Shown here piece by piece: positions 38,648 to 48,753 of a DNA stretch of 64,000 nucleotides. A program made the translations under genes and the position numbers. Source of the stretch: an uncultured archaeon (GTDB taxonomy: Archaea > Asgardarchaeota > Thorarchaeia > Thorarchaeales > Thorarchaeaceae); assembly GCA_964458565.1 (NCBI GenBank), contig CAYWJO010000004.1, positions 1 through 64,000 on the forward strand, in the 5' to 3' direction. The notes below the pieces were generated by a model. It searched no databases, was not told the origin of the DNA, and saw nothing but the letters and a program-made list of their open reading frames with translations. The stretch's first letter is position 1; the number at the start of each line of letters is the position of its first letter.

Positions 38648-40093
38648 ATGAGTCAACGTGTCTTTGCTGTTTTCGATATAGGTACAACTGGTACAAGGTC
38701 TGCACTAGTGGATGAAGAAGGACGAGTTCTGTCAATCGAATACGAGGAATATCCTCAGAAACCTCGAGAACTTGAAACTCACGAGCAACTTGCTGAAACC
38801 TATTGGAGAACTTCTGTGAACACAATGCAACGTGCAATTTCTGATTTCTCTCCTGGGGCTTCAGGGATTGTCGGAGTAGTCGTTTCAACAACTCGTGATT
38901 GTATAACTCCTGTTGATAAAGTCGGAACCCCCTTAGCACCAACTGTGACGTGGGTTGACAACAGATCATCCCCTCGAGCGAAAGCGATGGCGGAGGATAT
39001 AGGTCCTCGGAAGAGCGTCAACAAGCTGATGTGGTTTCAAGACAATCGCGCAAAATTGTTCAATACTGCATCTAAATTCATACATCTTGATGCTTTCATT
39101 AATAATCGTCTTTGTGGAGCCATGGTGAGTGAACCTACAAATGCTCGCTTTGGACCAATTGACCATGAAACATTGAAATGGTCTGAAGAACTTTGCAAGC
39201 AAACAGGAATCCCCATAGACAAACTAGCTGATATTGTTGAACCTGGTAAACTTATTGGAGAGATATCCAGCGATGCTGCAAAAGCAACTGGGCTTCAAAA
39301 AGGAACTGCTGTTATAATGGGTGCGGGTGACCAACAATGTGCAGCGTTAGGAACAGGTACAATCCGTTCTGGTGTTGTCAAAGCTACAACTGGTACAGGC
39401 ACTTTTGTTATCACTCACACAGATGAATACATCGAAGAACCCTATGTCATGTTCTCAAATCCTGCGGCAATTCCGGGAAAATGGATTCTTGAAGGAGTCA
39501 TTCCTGGTACTGGTCTAGCTTACAAATGGTATCGCGACAATTATTTTGAAGCAGAAAAGGGGAGGGACAAGAATGTGTATGAAATAATGGAATCTGCTGC
39601 ATCATCAGTTCCTACAGGAAGTGATGGTCTCGTTGTATTTCCTTTTATGGCATATAACAAAGGTATATTCTACAACCTCGGATTCAGTCATTCTCGAGCT
39701 CATATTGCACGAGCGATTATGGAATCTAACGGATATGGCATTAACATGTACCTGCAGATGCAAGAAGGGATGTTAGACATTGAATTTGAAGAGTTACGAA
39801 TTGATGGTGGTGGAGCAAACTCTCCTCTCTGGAGGCAAATCATGGCTGATTGCACTGGCAAGACTGTAGTTCTACCTAAATGTCGTGATTCTACTGTCAT
39901 AGGTGCGGCTATCCTTGGTACTGTAGGAACTGGAGTTTATGGAACCTATCAAGAAGCTGTCGAGAATATGTTCTCTGTTGAGGAAAGAAGAGACCCAATA
40001 CCTGAGAATGTACGTGTATATGAGCGGCAATACAGTGTATTTAACAAGATGATGATTTCTGAGATGGCAGAGCTACTCGAACTGACGTCATAG
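38648..40093 (+). CDS. FGGY-family carbohydrate kinase (glycerol/xylulose kinase-like)
   Basis: DIGTTG.R, W.D.R, GDQQCA, GTG.F, DGGGA.S.LW.QI.AD. Confidence 0.93.
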   Translation: MSQRVFAVFDIGTTGTRSALVDEEGRVLSIEYEEYPQKPRELETHEQLAETYWRTSVNTMQRAISDFSPGASGIVGVVVSTTRDCITPVDKVGTPLAPTVTWVDNRSSPRAKAMAEDIGPRKSVNKLMWFQDNRAKLFNTASKFIHLDAFINNRLCGAMVSEPTNARFGPIDHETLKWSEELCKQTGIPIDKLADIVEPGKLIGEISSDAAKATGLQKGTAVIMGAGDQQCAALGTGTIRSGVVKATTGTGTFVITHTDEYIEEPYVMFSNPAAIPGKWILEGVIPGTGLAYKWYRDNYFEAEKGRDKNVYEIMESAASSVPTGSDGLVVFPFMAYNKGIFYNLGFSHSRAHIARAIMESNGYGINMYLQMQEGMLDIEFEELRIDGGGANSPLWRQIMADCTGKTVVLPKCRDSTVIGAAILGTVGTGVYGTYQEAVENMFSVEERRDPIPENVRVYERQYSVFNKMMISEMAELLELTS

Positions 40094-40187
40094 ATACATA
40101 TGCTCTTCCGAAATCCTTCTATTGCTGAATAGATTTCGTCAAACCAACCAATTATTAGATCATAATCATCAAGGAGAATTTCCAATC

Positions 40188-41846
40188 TTGACAAATGATG
40201 AATTCGACGTTGTAGTGATTGGTGGTGGCAGTACAGGTACCGCCGTAGCTCGTGACTGTGCAATGCGAGGTCTAAAAACACTACTTCTCGAGCGAGATGA
40301 TATTGCTTCTGCCACAGTTGGAACATGTGCAGGTATGATAAGTTCAGGATTCAAGTATTACAACGAACCCGAGATACTGGATTTGTGTTCTCAGGAAGTT
40401 GTGTACCTCCGACATATTGCTAAACACATAGTGATGAAAACTCCCAACTTGTTTCCTATATTTGATTTAGGTGAATTTTCTTCCACCGGAAGCGGAAAAG
40501 GTGTTGAAGAATACGCCAAGAGGGTGGAAACTAGAGGTGTGCCTCCGTTTCTTTTCTTAACGCCTGAAGATTCACTTGAATTAGAACCTGCAATAAATGG
40601 TGATATTATTGGCTCTGGTTATATTGAAGAGTTTTTCATAGACCCATTCAGTCTCTGTATACTTCAAGCAAAGGATGCAATGAGCTATAATGCGGAAATT
40701 CGAACATATTCCGAAGTCGTCGATATAGAAACAAGCAATGGGGAAATTATGAAAGTGGTTTACTATGATAGACGTTCAGAAGAAATTAAGTACGCAAGAG
40801 CCAAAACAGTGGTTAATGCAGCAGGACCTTGGGCAGATAAAATTGCTGGACTTACTGGGATTAAGCTAGAACTTCGCCACAACAAAGGCGCTCACATCAT
40901 TCTTGATAGAAGAGTTGTTAATGTTGGGATAGTAACTAGAGCTGTTGACCGAAGATGGGTTTATATGTATCCCCATGAAAATACGACTCTCATCGGAACA
41001 ACTGCTCTGGATACTTGGGAGGACCCAGATACCCTGGTGGCGACACACGATGAAATCGAATACTTGCTTAAGAGTTTTGAATGGGTAATACCTTCTGTAA
41101 GAGATGCTCGGATTATTCGGACGATGGCTGGTGTGAGACCGATGGTCCCAATCTGGAAGGTGCCTGAGGGTGAAGTTACAAGGGGTTATGAAATAATCGA
41201 TCATGAATCTGAAGGGGTTTCAGGTTTCTTTAGCTTTGTAGGTGGTAAACTGGTAATGTGCCGGGATATGGCTGAAGCTATAACAAATCTGGTTTGTCAA
41301 AAAATTGGGAACACATCAAAATGCGAGACTCATTCAAAGCCACTTCCGGGAATGGAAGAAGATGTAGATATCATTGCCCTTTCAAAAGAATATGGCATAG
41401 CTCAACACACACTTGAACGAATGAGGGCACGTCGTGGTACTAAGATGATTGAGATATTAGAAATGACTAGAGACCACCCTGAATGGAAATCAACAATTTG
41501 CACTTGCGAACCAGTTATAGAAGCAGAGATTCGGCATACTATTCGTCACGAATTCCCTCAGACACTGAATGATATTAGACGGCGAGTACGATTAGGGACT
41601 GGACCTTGTCAAGGTACTTTTTGCACTTACAAAGCAGCAGCTATTCTGAATGACGAGCTGGATCTTAGTGGAGATGATTATGAGATAGACATCATGGATT
41701 TCTTATCAGAACGCTGGAAGGGTAAACGTCCACCATTTAGACGCGATCAGCTCATCCAAGAGGAGCTGACACAGGGTATGTATGCTTGCGTTGGGAATCT
41801 TGACAGATCAACCGTTGACTACCAATCTAAACCCTGGGAGGAGTGA
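40188..41846 (+). CDS. glpA: Anaerobic glycerol-3-phosphate dehydrogenase subunit A
   Basis: IGGG.TG..ARDCAMRGL, NAAGPW, IGTT, AGVRP, GGKL; C-terminal CTCE and G.GPCQG.FC; TTG start after AGGAG. Confidence 0.9.
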   Translation: MTNDEFDVVVIGGGSTGTAVARDCAMRGLKTLLLERDDIASATVGTCAGMISSGFKYYNEPEILDLCSQEVVYLRHIAKHIVMKTPNLFPIFDLGEFSSTGSGKGVEEYAKRVETRGVPPFLFLTPEDSLELEPAINGDIIGSGYIEEFFIDPFSLCILQAKDAMSYNAEIRTYSEVVDIETSNGEIMKVVYYDRRSEEIKYARAKTVVNAAGPWADKIAGLTGIKLELRHNKGAHIILDRRVVNVGIVTRAVDRRWVYMYPHENTTLIGTTALDTWEDPDTLVATHDEIEYLLKSFEWVIPSVRDARIIRTMAGVRPMVPIWKVPEGEVTRGYEIIDHESEGVSGFFSFVGGKLVMCRDMAEAITNLVCQKIGNTSKCETHSKPLPGMEEDVDIIALSKEYGIAQHTLERMRARRGTKMIEILEMTRDHPEWKSTICTCEPVIEAEIRHTIRHEFPQTLNDIRRRVRLGTGPCQGTFCTYKAAAILNDELDLSGDDYEIDIMDFLSERWKGKRPPFRRDQLIQEELTQGMYACVGNLDRSTVDYQSKPWEE

Positions 41847-43216
41847 AAAAAATGGATTTGGATACAGATGTCCTGATAATCGGTGGTGGCATGGCTGGTT
41901 TAGTTGCTGGAATAATTGCTAACGAAACTGGTCTTAAGACAGTTCTTATCAGAAAAGGACAGAGTGCGACATCCTACTCTTCAGGTGCAATTGACATCAT
42001 TGGATATCTCCCTGAGAGTAGTGAATCGTTTGCTTCTCCTTCACGTGGATTGGAGGCTGTCATGAGTCTATATCCCTTCCATCCTTATGGATTACTTGGT
42101 TTCACAGAATCCAAATCTGATCGGAATCTTGACCAAGCTATTACTAAAGTCAAAAATACAATAGATTGGATCAAGAAACACTTTGAGAATACTCCGGCTT
42201 CTCTAGTAGGTGATTTCTCCGAGAACTTGAATCCAATTACAGTTCTTGGAACTACAAAACCAACGTGTCTTATACAGGAAACGATGTGCCCTCCAAACCT
42301 CAATGACGATGATGTTTTACTATTTGCTGGCATCCGAGGACATCCAGATTTCAATGCAACAACTGCTGCAAATACATTTCTTGACCATCAGAGTAGATAT
42401 GGACTTCCTCCAAATAGAGTTGTAAGCTGTGATATTGACCTCACCCCTTTTGGAAAGGCTTACAATATCTCCTCAATAGAGATAGCTCGCCACCTCGACC
42501 ATGCTGGCTCAATAGAGGACCTGATTGTTCCTCTTAGCGATTATGTTAGTAGGAGTGAGGCGACTGCTATCGCTCTACCACCAATACTAGGTTTACGGAA
42601 ATCGAAGACGAATCGAGACCTTCTTGAACAAGCCTTCGGTATGAGCGTCTTTGAGCTACTTTCCCTTCCACCATCTATTCCAGGTCTTAGATTGCAGAAT
42701 TCACTTGAGGATATTTACAAATCTACAGGTGGTTCATTATTGGTTGGTCATGAAGCCGTATCGTTCTCTCATGATGACATGCGAATCAAATCAGTCACAG
42801 CGAAAACACCAATGCGTGAAGTAACCATCAAATTAGAATCGATTGTTTTAGCTACCGGGAAATTCATCGGTGGTGGACTTCAGTCAGCATCTGTCGGTTT
42901 GAAGGAATCAGTATTCAATCTCATGACTGTTAACAGCATTTTCCAATCCGCAAAGGAATTACGTCCTGATCGGTCAACAAACATTAGAGCCCTTCCTGAG
43001 GATGGCCATGATATCTTTAGTATTGGCTTAAGCGTTGATCCACAGTTCAGGCCAGTAAAAAATGATGGCCATCAATTTGCTGACAACCTATTTTGTGCTG
43101 GGTCTCTGTTAGCTAGCTACAATTATGCAGCTGAAAAGAGTGGACTAGGAGTTGCTCTTGTTACGGGACTTGAAGCAGGGAAGAATGCTGCTAACGCTGT
43201 TAGGATGGTGAAATAG
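41843..43216 (+). CDS. glpB: Anaerobic glycerol-3-phosphate dehydrogenase subunit B
   Basis: IIGGGMAGL, SSG.ID, PPS.PG.RL, ATG.F.GGGL, SG.GVA..TG. Confidence 0.9.
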   Translation: MKKMDLDTDVLIIGGGMAGLVAGIIANETGLKTVLIRKGQSATSYSSGAIDIIGYLPESSESFASPSRGLEAVMSLYPFHPYGLLGFTESKSDRNLDQAITKVKNTIDWIKKHFENTPASLVGDFSENLNPITVLGTTKPTCLIQETMCPPNLNDDDVLLFAGIRGHPDFNATTAANTFLDHQSRYGLPPNRVVSCDIDLTPFGKAYNISSIEIARHLDHAGSIEDLIVPLSDYVSRSEATAIALPPILGLRKSKTNRDLLEQAFGMSVFELLSLPPSIPGLRLQNSLEDIYKSTGGSLLVGHEAVSFSHDDMRIKSVTAKTPMREVTIKLESIVLATGKFIGGGLQSASVGLKESVFNLMTVNSIFQSAKELRPDRSTNIRALPEDGHDIFSIGLSVDPQFRPVKNDGHQFADNLFCAGSLLASYNYAAEKSGLGVALVTGLEAGKNAANAVRMVK

Positions 43217-44455
43217 ATGGACGAGCAGGAATCTTTTGAATACGCAAAGCAGACCTTGAAGGTGGAGAAGATCACACCATATAGTAATGAGGATTTCAAA
43301 ATTGTCCAATCGGTTCAAAAATGTATCAACTGTGGCATTTGCCTCAGCCATTGCCCGGTTGTGGGCGCCGTTGGCATTAATCGATTCTCCGGACCTAGAA
43401 GTATTGCTGTTGAACTCAGTCGTTCCCCACCTGAGTTCTGGACTACATCAGATACAATTTACCTATGTACAGGATGTGGTACATGTCGTGAGGTATGCCC
43501 ACAAAATGTAAACGTGCCAGAGATTGTCAATATAGTAAGAGCCAGAATCATGGACCATAGACCTGATCTAGTTCCCAAAGGCCTTCACGTTGTTCATGAG
43601 GTGATTTCAGAACATAAACTGGCTTTCGAACCATGGGATGATATCGAAGAGAAACGCGAGAGTCGAGATATGCGTCTTGAACACTATGACCTTCCTCATA
43701 TCGAAGACCGGATTGTTGATGATGCAGACGTTTTATTTTATCCCGGTTGTCAAGCAGAAGAACGCGCTCAGGAGGTACGAGAGGCTGCGAAACTCATTCT
43801 TGACCACTTCAATGTCAATTATACTCTATTGAATGAAATGAGTTGTTGTGGCTTACCATCCAAGCTTCTTGGTGATAATAGTTCTTTTAGAGAATTAGGG
43901 TCCATAATCACAGAGAAGGTTAAAAAATCCGGAATCAAAATTCTAGTCACTACTTGCGCAGGTTGCACATCAAATCTTAATGAAGTATCCGAACAAGAAG
44001 AATGGGGTATACCGGTTTATCATCTACTAGAGTTTCTTGAAAACGAAATCGGGTTGGATAAATTCAAAGAGAATCTGAAACCTGTTGATAAACGAATCAC
44101 AACAAAGATTGCAGTTCATGATCCCTGTCATCTGATTCGCCATACAGCACGAGAGATTCATGATATTATGTTGAAAATCCTCGCTATCTTACCCGATGTT
44201 GAATATGTACCAACTGGGGTTACTGATTCATGCTGTGGTGGAGGTGGAATGGTTTCTTACCATGCAAAGGATGTTTCCGATGCAGTTGTTGAAGAAAATC
44301 TTGTTGGAATAAATAACACAGATGCCGAACGGCTTGTTGCACCATGTCCATTATGTACAGCACAGCTTGAGAACTCCCTTTACCGAAGTGGCTCTTCAAT
44401 CGAAGTCGATGATCTTACAGTATTCATCGCTCAACGACTAAAACTCAAGAGGTGA
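43217..44455 (+). CDS. glpC: GlpC/HdrD-like Fe-S protein (2x4Fe-4S plus two CCG domains)
   Basis: CINCGIC..HCP, CTGCGTC.EVCP, CCG, HDPCH, CCGGGG; follows glpAB. Confidence 0.8.
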   Translation: MDEQESFEYAKQTLKVEKITPYSNEDFKIVQSVQKCINCGICLSHCPVVGAVGINRFSGPRSIAVELSRSPPEFWTTSDTIYLCTGCGTCREVCPQNVNVPEIVNIVRARIMDHRPDLVPKGLHVVHEVISEHKLAFEPWDDIEEKRESRDMRLEHYDLPHIEDRIVDDADVLFYPGCQAEERAQEVREAAKLILDHFNVNYTLLNEMSCCGLPSKLLGDNSSFRELGSIITEKVKKSGIKILVTTCAGCTSNLNEVSEQEEWGIPVYHLLEFLENEIGLDKFKENLKPVDKRITTKIAVHDPCHLIRHTAREIHDIMLKILAILPDVEYVPTGVTDSCCGGGGMVSYHAKDVSDAVVEENLVGINNTDAERLVAPCPLCTAQLENSLYRSGSSIEVDDLTVFIAQRLKLKR

Positions 44456-44464
44456 GTATCAATT

Positions 44465-45889
44465 TTGGATTCCAAGAAAAAGAGAGAGATTGCTGAACTC
44501 ATGGGGGAAATAGTAGGGTCCGAAAATGTTTCTATTCATGAAACCGACATGGTACTTAACTCAGTTGACGCATGGCCACTAAGTGAAGCAAAAATCCGCG
44601 CAGGTGAGATGCTTCCACTTGCTGATATTGTAGTATTTCCTAATTCTACTGAAGAAGTGTCTGAAATTCTAAAAATAGCTAACAAACACAAAATACCCCT
44701 AGTTCCAGTTGGAGGTGGGGCTGGTACTTGTGGAGGGACTCTTCCCATATATGGTGGGATACAGCTTGATTTGAAAAGAATGGATAAAATTCTCGAGATC
44801 GATCACGAATCCCTTACAGTAAGAGCGCAAGCTGGAATTATTGGAATTGATCTTGACGAAGATGTGTTGAGACACGGGTATATCACCGGACACACTCCAA
44901 CCTCTCTCAGAGCATCGAATCTGGGTGGATTCATTGCCACTCGTTCAGGTGGTTCAATGTCTTCCTTGTATGGAAAAATAGAGGATCTAACACTTGGTTT
45001 GCAGGTGGTTCTCCCAAATGGAACTATCATTGAATTGAAAGCTGTTCCCAGACATTCAGTTGGTCCAGATTTGAAACAGCTCTTCATCGGCTCTGAGGGG
45101 ACTCTTGGAATTATTACTGAGGCAACTCTGAGACTTTTCAAAATTCCTGAGAAGCGGTCATTTAGGAGCATGTGCTTCAAGGATGTAAAGAGTGGTCTAG
45201 CTGCGATAAGAGAGATTTTTCATTCCAGTATTAATCCTTCTATAGTTCGTCTCTATGATTCTGAAGACACAGCGATGGCAATGTCAAACCATTTTGATAT
45301 TGATGAGGGTGACTGTATGCTACTCTTGGCTTTTGATGGACGAAAGGATGAAGTTGATTTAGATGAACGTGATTCCTCAGAAATCTGTCTGAAGCATGGT
45401 GCTAGAGATTACGGAGAAGGACCATCCGAGAGGTGGTGGAATCATCGATATGATATGTACTATCCTACAAAATACACAACCGCAGGTTTCTCAATTGGAG
45501 ATACGATTGATATTGTAGCTACCTACGACAAGCTTGAGAATGTATATTGGGCAATGAAGGAGGCTATGGAGGCTCATGATGTGGTTGTGATGTCGCATTT
45601 CTCGCATATGTATCCAAATGGTGGAAGCATCTACATGATTTTCTTCTTATCAGCGCCTGATGCTGAAAGTGCTTGGGAGAAATACAAACTTGTTTGGGAT
45701 GATGGAATATCTGCCTGTCACAGAGAAGGAGGTATAATGAGCCATCAACATGGTGTAGGATTATCACGATCTAATTACAATGAAGGTGAATGGGGTCCTG
45801 CATTTGATGTTCTTCGCCAAATCAAAAGGATGTTGGATCCCAATGGGATTATGAATCCTGGAAAAATGGGTTTCGGAGGCGAGTTTTAA
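44465..45889 (+). CDS. FAD-binding oxidoreductase, alkyl-dihydroxyacetonephosphate synthase-like
   Basis: GH.P.S...S..GG.IATR..G..S..YGKIED, P....GPDL..LFIGSEGTLGIIT, HFSH.Y..G..IY, SHQHGVG. Confidence 0.85.
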   Translation: MDSKKKREIAELMGEIVGSENVSIHETDMVLNSVDAWPLSEAKIRAGEMLPLADIVVFPNSTEEVSEILKIANKHKIPLVPVGGGAGTCGGTLPIYGGIQLDLKRMDKILEIDHESLTVRAQAGIIGIDLDEDVLRHGYITGHTPTSLRASNLGGFIATRSGGSMSSLYGKIEDLTLGLQVVLPNGTIIELKAVPRHSVGPDLKQLFIGSEGTLGIITEATLRLFKIPEKRSFRSMCFKDVKSGLAAIREIFHSSINPSIVRLYDSEDTAMAMSNHFDIDEGDCMLLLAFDGRKDEVDLDERDSSEICLKHGARDYGEGPSERWWNHRYDMYYPTKYTTAGFSIGDTIDIVATYDKLENVYWAMKEAMEAHDVVVMSHFSHMYPNGGSIYMIFFLSAPDAESAWEKYKLVWDDGISACHREGGIMSHQHGVGLSRSNYNEGEWGPAFDVLRQIKRMLDPNGIMNPGKMGFGGEF

Positions 45890-47001
45890 TGGATACTGAT
45901 GTGATTGCTGGTCATGTCAGAATGTGTGCAGCATGTCCTAAAATGTGTAGACATGTCTGTCCAACTTTTTTTGCATGGAAATCTGATTCACCAACTCCTC
46001 ACAGTCGTGCTTTACTTATCCATCAAGATATTATTGGTACAAGAAATCTTGACGAAAGAGCAATTGAGGTCATCTATCAATGTTTGGAGTGCAGTCACTG
46101 TCTTACTTGGTGTAAACCAGAAATCGACATTGCTGAGATTGTTGAGCAGAAACGAACCGAATTGGTGAAAGAAGGTCGTTATCCGCGAAAGCTTGAAGAG
46201 ATGAGGAAGAATATTTCTGACTTTCATAACCCTTATGGAGAAAAAGATAACGCACGAATACAATGGAATTCATCCAATGAAAAGGCCAAAGGCAAAAAGG
46301 TGTTTTATTTTGCTGGTTGTACAGCAAGTTACCGCGAACAAACTATTGCAAAGGAAACCGTATCCTCTCTTGGAAACCTTGGGTTTCAAGTAGTAGTTGA
46401 TGAGACGGAACAATGCTGTGGATCTCCATTATTCAGAACCGGTTTTACTGATGACGCTCTTAGGAAGGCTGAATTTAATACCAGACTTCTCAATGAAACA
46501 GATTGCGAATCGATTATTGTGACTTGTCCTGGTTGTTATCGTGCGTTAACACGTGACTATCCAAAACACGGTCTAGAAATCAACAAACCCATTCAACATA
46601 TCAGTGAATTTTTGTCAGAGCGACTTGAATCACTTCCAGCCAAGCAAATGCAGGGCTCCTTCACATATCATGATCCTTGTCATCTTGGACGACATTTAGG
46701 TGTTTATGATGCTCCTCGATCTGTGCTAAATCGGATATTTGTTGCTGACTTGATTGAGATGGAACGTCACGGTGACAATGCAACTTGCTGTGGTAATGGG
46801 GCTGGCCTACGTACACTATTTAGTGAGCAAGCTCATGAGATTGGGGCAGAACGAGTAAAACAAGCTCTTAGAACTGGGGCTGATTATCTGATAACTGCAT
46901 GCCCCTTCTGCAAGAATATGTTGGACTCTGAATCTGATGGACAGATAACAGTTTTAGATTTATCAGAAATTATAGGTCTTGCAATGAGGAGTAAGGATTA
47001 G
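45889..47001 (+). CDS. Fe-S/CCG-domain oxidoreductase subunit (GlcF/HdrD-like)
   Basis: CAACPKMCRHVCP, CLECSHC...C, CCG.P, YHDPCHLGR, ACPFC. Confidence 0.88.
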   Translation: MDTDVIAGHVRMCAACPKMCRHVCPTFFAWKSDSPTPHSRALLIHQDIIGTRNLDERAIEVIYQCLECSHCLTWCKPEIDIAEIVEQKRTELVKEGRYPRKLEEMRKNISDFHNPYGEKDNARIQWNSSNEKAKGKKVFYFAGCTASYREQTIAKETVSSLGNLGFQVVVDETEQCCGSPLFRTGFTDDALRKAEFNTRLLNETDCESIIVTCPGCYRALTRDYPKHGLEINKPIQHISEFLSERLESLPAKQMQGSFTYHDPCHLGRHLGVYDAPRSVLNRIFVADLIEMERHGDNATCCGNGAGLRTLFSEQAHEIGAERVKQALRTGADYLITACPFCKNMLDSESDGQITVLDLSEIIGLAMRSKD

Positions 47002-47048
47002 AACCATATCCCAAGGTACAATAAAGCTTAAGCAAAAGAGAGGACATA

Positions 47049-48161
47049 ATGAATACTGAAGAGCTTCTCCGGTTAAAGATACGATTACTTACAGAGGGTG
47101 CTAGACTCCCGGAGGGTGAATACTCAGGTCGGAAAGGTGGTGCAGGACCTGTAGGAGCTCGATACTTCTTACTGCCAAATGGCAACCCAGTTGGGATTCC
47201 GATTCGATCCAAAGAGGAAGCTATCAAATACGAATCTAAAGAGATTCAATCGACTGAGAACCCATTAATCTGGTTATATGATGATTCTATAGAACTTGAA
47301 CTCGTTCCTTCTCCAAAATTCTACAAACTGAAGACAAGTGATGGATTTCAATTCTCCCAAATTGCATTACTTCATGGAAAGAATACACTTGCCACGACTG
47401 TGTATCAGCATTGCCGATATTGGGATCAAGGACTTCAATGTAAATTCTGTACGATTCCTCATTCTTTGAGTCAAGGGGCTACTATTCTTGAGAAAACACC
47501 TTCACAGATTATGGAGGTTGTGCAAGCCGCCGAAGAGGAAGGTGTTATAGAGAGTATTTTATTGACTACCGGAACCCCTGATACTGATGATTTGGGAGGT
47601 CAGAGATTTATCGATATTGTGAATGGAATTCGGTCTGTTTCTGAATTACCGATTGCCATACAGATTGAACCGCCTCTCGACAAAGAATGGATAAAACAGA
47701 TTCACGCAACTGGAGTTGATGCTATTGGGATACATATTGAAACATTTGATTCTACGTTAAGAGCTGAGATATGTCCCGGAAAATATGAACATGCTAGCAT
47801 TGAGAATTATATGGAGATTTGGCAGTATGCAGCAGGTCTCTTTAGCAAAGGAAATGTGAGCACTTTCATTTTACATGGTTTAGGTGAAAATCTGAATGAT
47901 ACTCTCTCACTTGTTAATGAACTATCAGAGATTGGAGTCCTCAGTGTTGTTGCACCTCTTCGTCCAGCAACGGGCAGTCAACTTAGTCAATACATTCCTC
48001 CTTACATTGGGCATCTGAATGAGTCGGTACAATTTTACAAAGCGATTGGTGAAATATTGTTCAGACATGATCTAAATCCCGCTTTGACACATGCGGGATG
48101 TCACAGGTGCGGGGGATGTACGCCAATTCAAGAAGCATACGATTGGGCGGCGTCTCAATAG
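47049..48161 (+). CDS. Radical SAM protein, MSMEG_0568-like family
   Basis: GRKGGAGP, IALLHG..LATTV.Q.C-x8-C-x2-C, LTTGT, C-terminal GC.RCG.C. Confidence 0.8.
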   Translation: MNTEELLRLKIRLLTEGARLPEGEYSGRKGGAGPVGARYFLLPNGNPVGIPIRSKEEAIKYESKEIQSTENPLIWLYDDSIELELVPSPKFYKLKTSDGFQFSQIALLHGKNTLATTVYQHCRYWDQGLQCKFCTIPHSLSQGATILEKTPSQIMEVVQAAEEEGVIESILLTTGTPDTDDLGGQRFIDIVNGIRSVSELPIAIQIEPPLDKEWIKQIHATGVDAIGIHIETFDSTLRAEICPGKYEHASIENYMEIWQYAAGLFSKGNVSTFILHGLGENLNDTLSLVNELSEIGVLSVVAPLRPATGSQLSQYIPPYIGHLNESVQFYKAIGEILFRHDLNPALTHAGCHRCGGCTPIQEAYDWAASQ

Positions 48162-48213
48162 ACAATATGCAGAAGTTTTTCAGGTAGGAATGTTCGCACA
48201 TGAGTGATATTCC

Positions 48214-48702
48214 ATGGCTGAGCTTCCGGCTGAAGAAATTAGGATCATCGAATTCAATGAAGATGATGCAGAAGAAATATCCGCACTTTTTAAACAGGTC
48301 TGGTTGCTGGCTGAGGAATATCCTAAGAAATGGCGAGAGTCCAGAATATATACTCCTGAACAAATCATCACTGATATGCGAAATGGGTATCACTATTTTG
48401 GTGCACGACTCCAAGGACAAATTGTAGGTCTCTATAAAGCAATCATTACAGAGAAGGGTCTGTTCGGAGAGCAGCAGACCGTGCATCCAGGCTGCAGAGC
48501 AAGTGGACTTGCATCAGCGATGTACATGCAATTTGCTGAATACGGTCGTAAGAATGGTTGTAAGAGAAATTACTGCAATATATTGGTAGGTCAAGAGGCA
48601 GGTGAAAAGCTCATGAAGCGATTCGCGTTTGCAAAATGGGGTGAGCCATATGAACAAATTGAAGGGATGTTAGTCCAAACATATGAGCGACTACTCGAAT
48701 AA
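48214..48702 (+). CDS. GNAT acetyltransferase
   Basis: VHP..R..GLA acetyl-CoA-binding motif. Confidence 0.8.
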   Translation: MAELPAEEIRIIEFNEDDAEEISALFKQVWLLAEEYPKKWRESRIYTPEQIITDMRNGYHYFGARLQGQIVGLYKAIITEKGLFGEQQTVHPGCRASGLASAMYMQFAEYGRKNGCKRNYCNILVGQEAGEKLMKRFAFAKWGEPYEQIEGMLVQTYERLLE

Positions 48703-48753
48703 CAGCTACATTGCGTTGAAGGAAGCTCGTTTTTATATTTCCTATATCTATCT

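Noticed and set aside
43217-47001. Selenocysteine read-through in the Fe-S/CCG proteins
   Set aside because: The Cys motifs are complete and the stops fall at expected domain ends.
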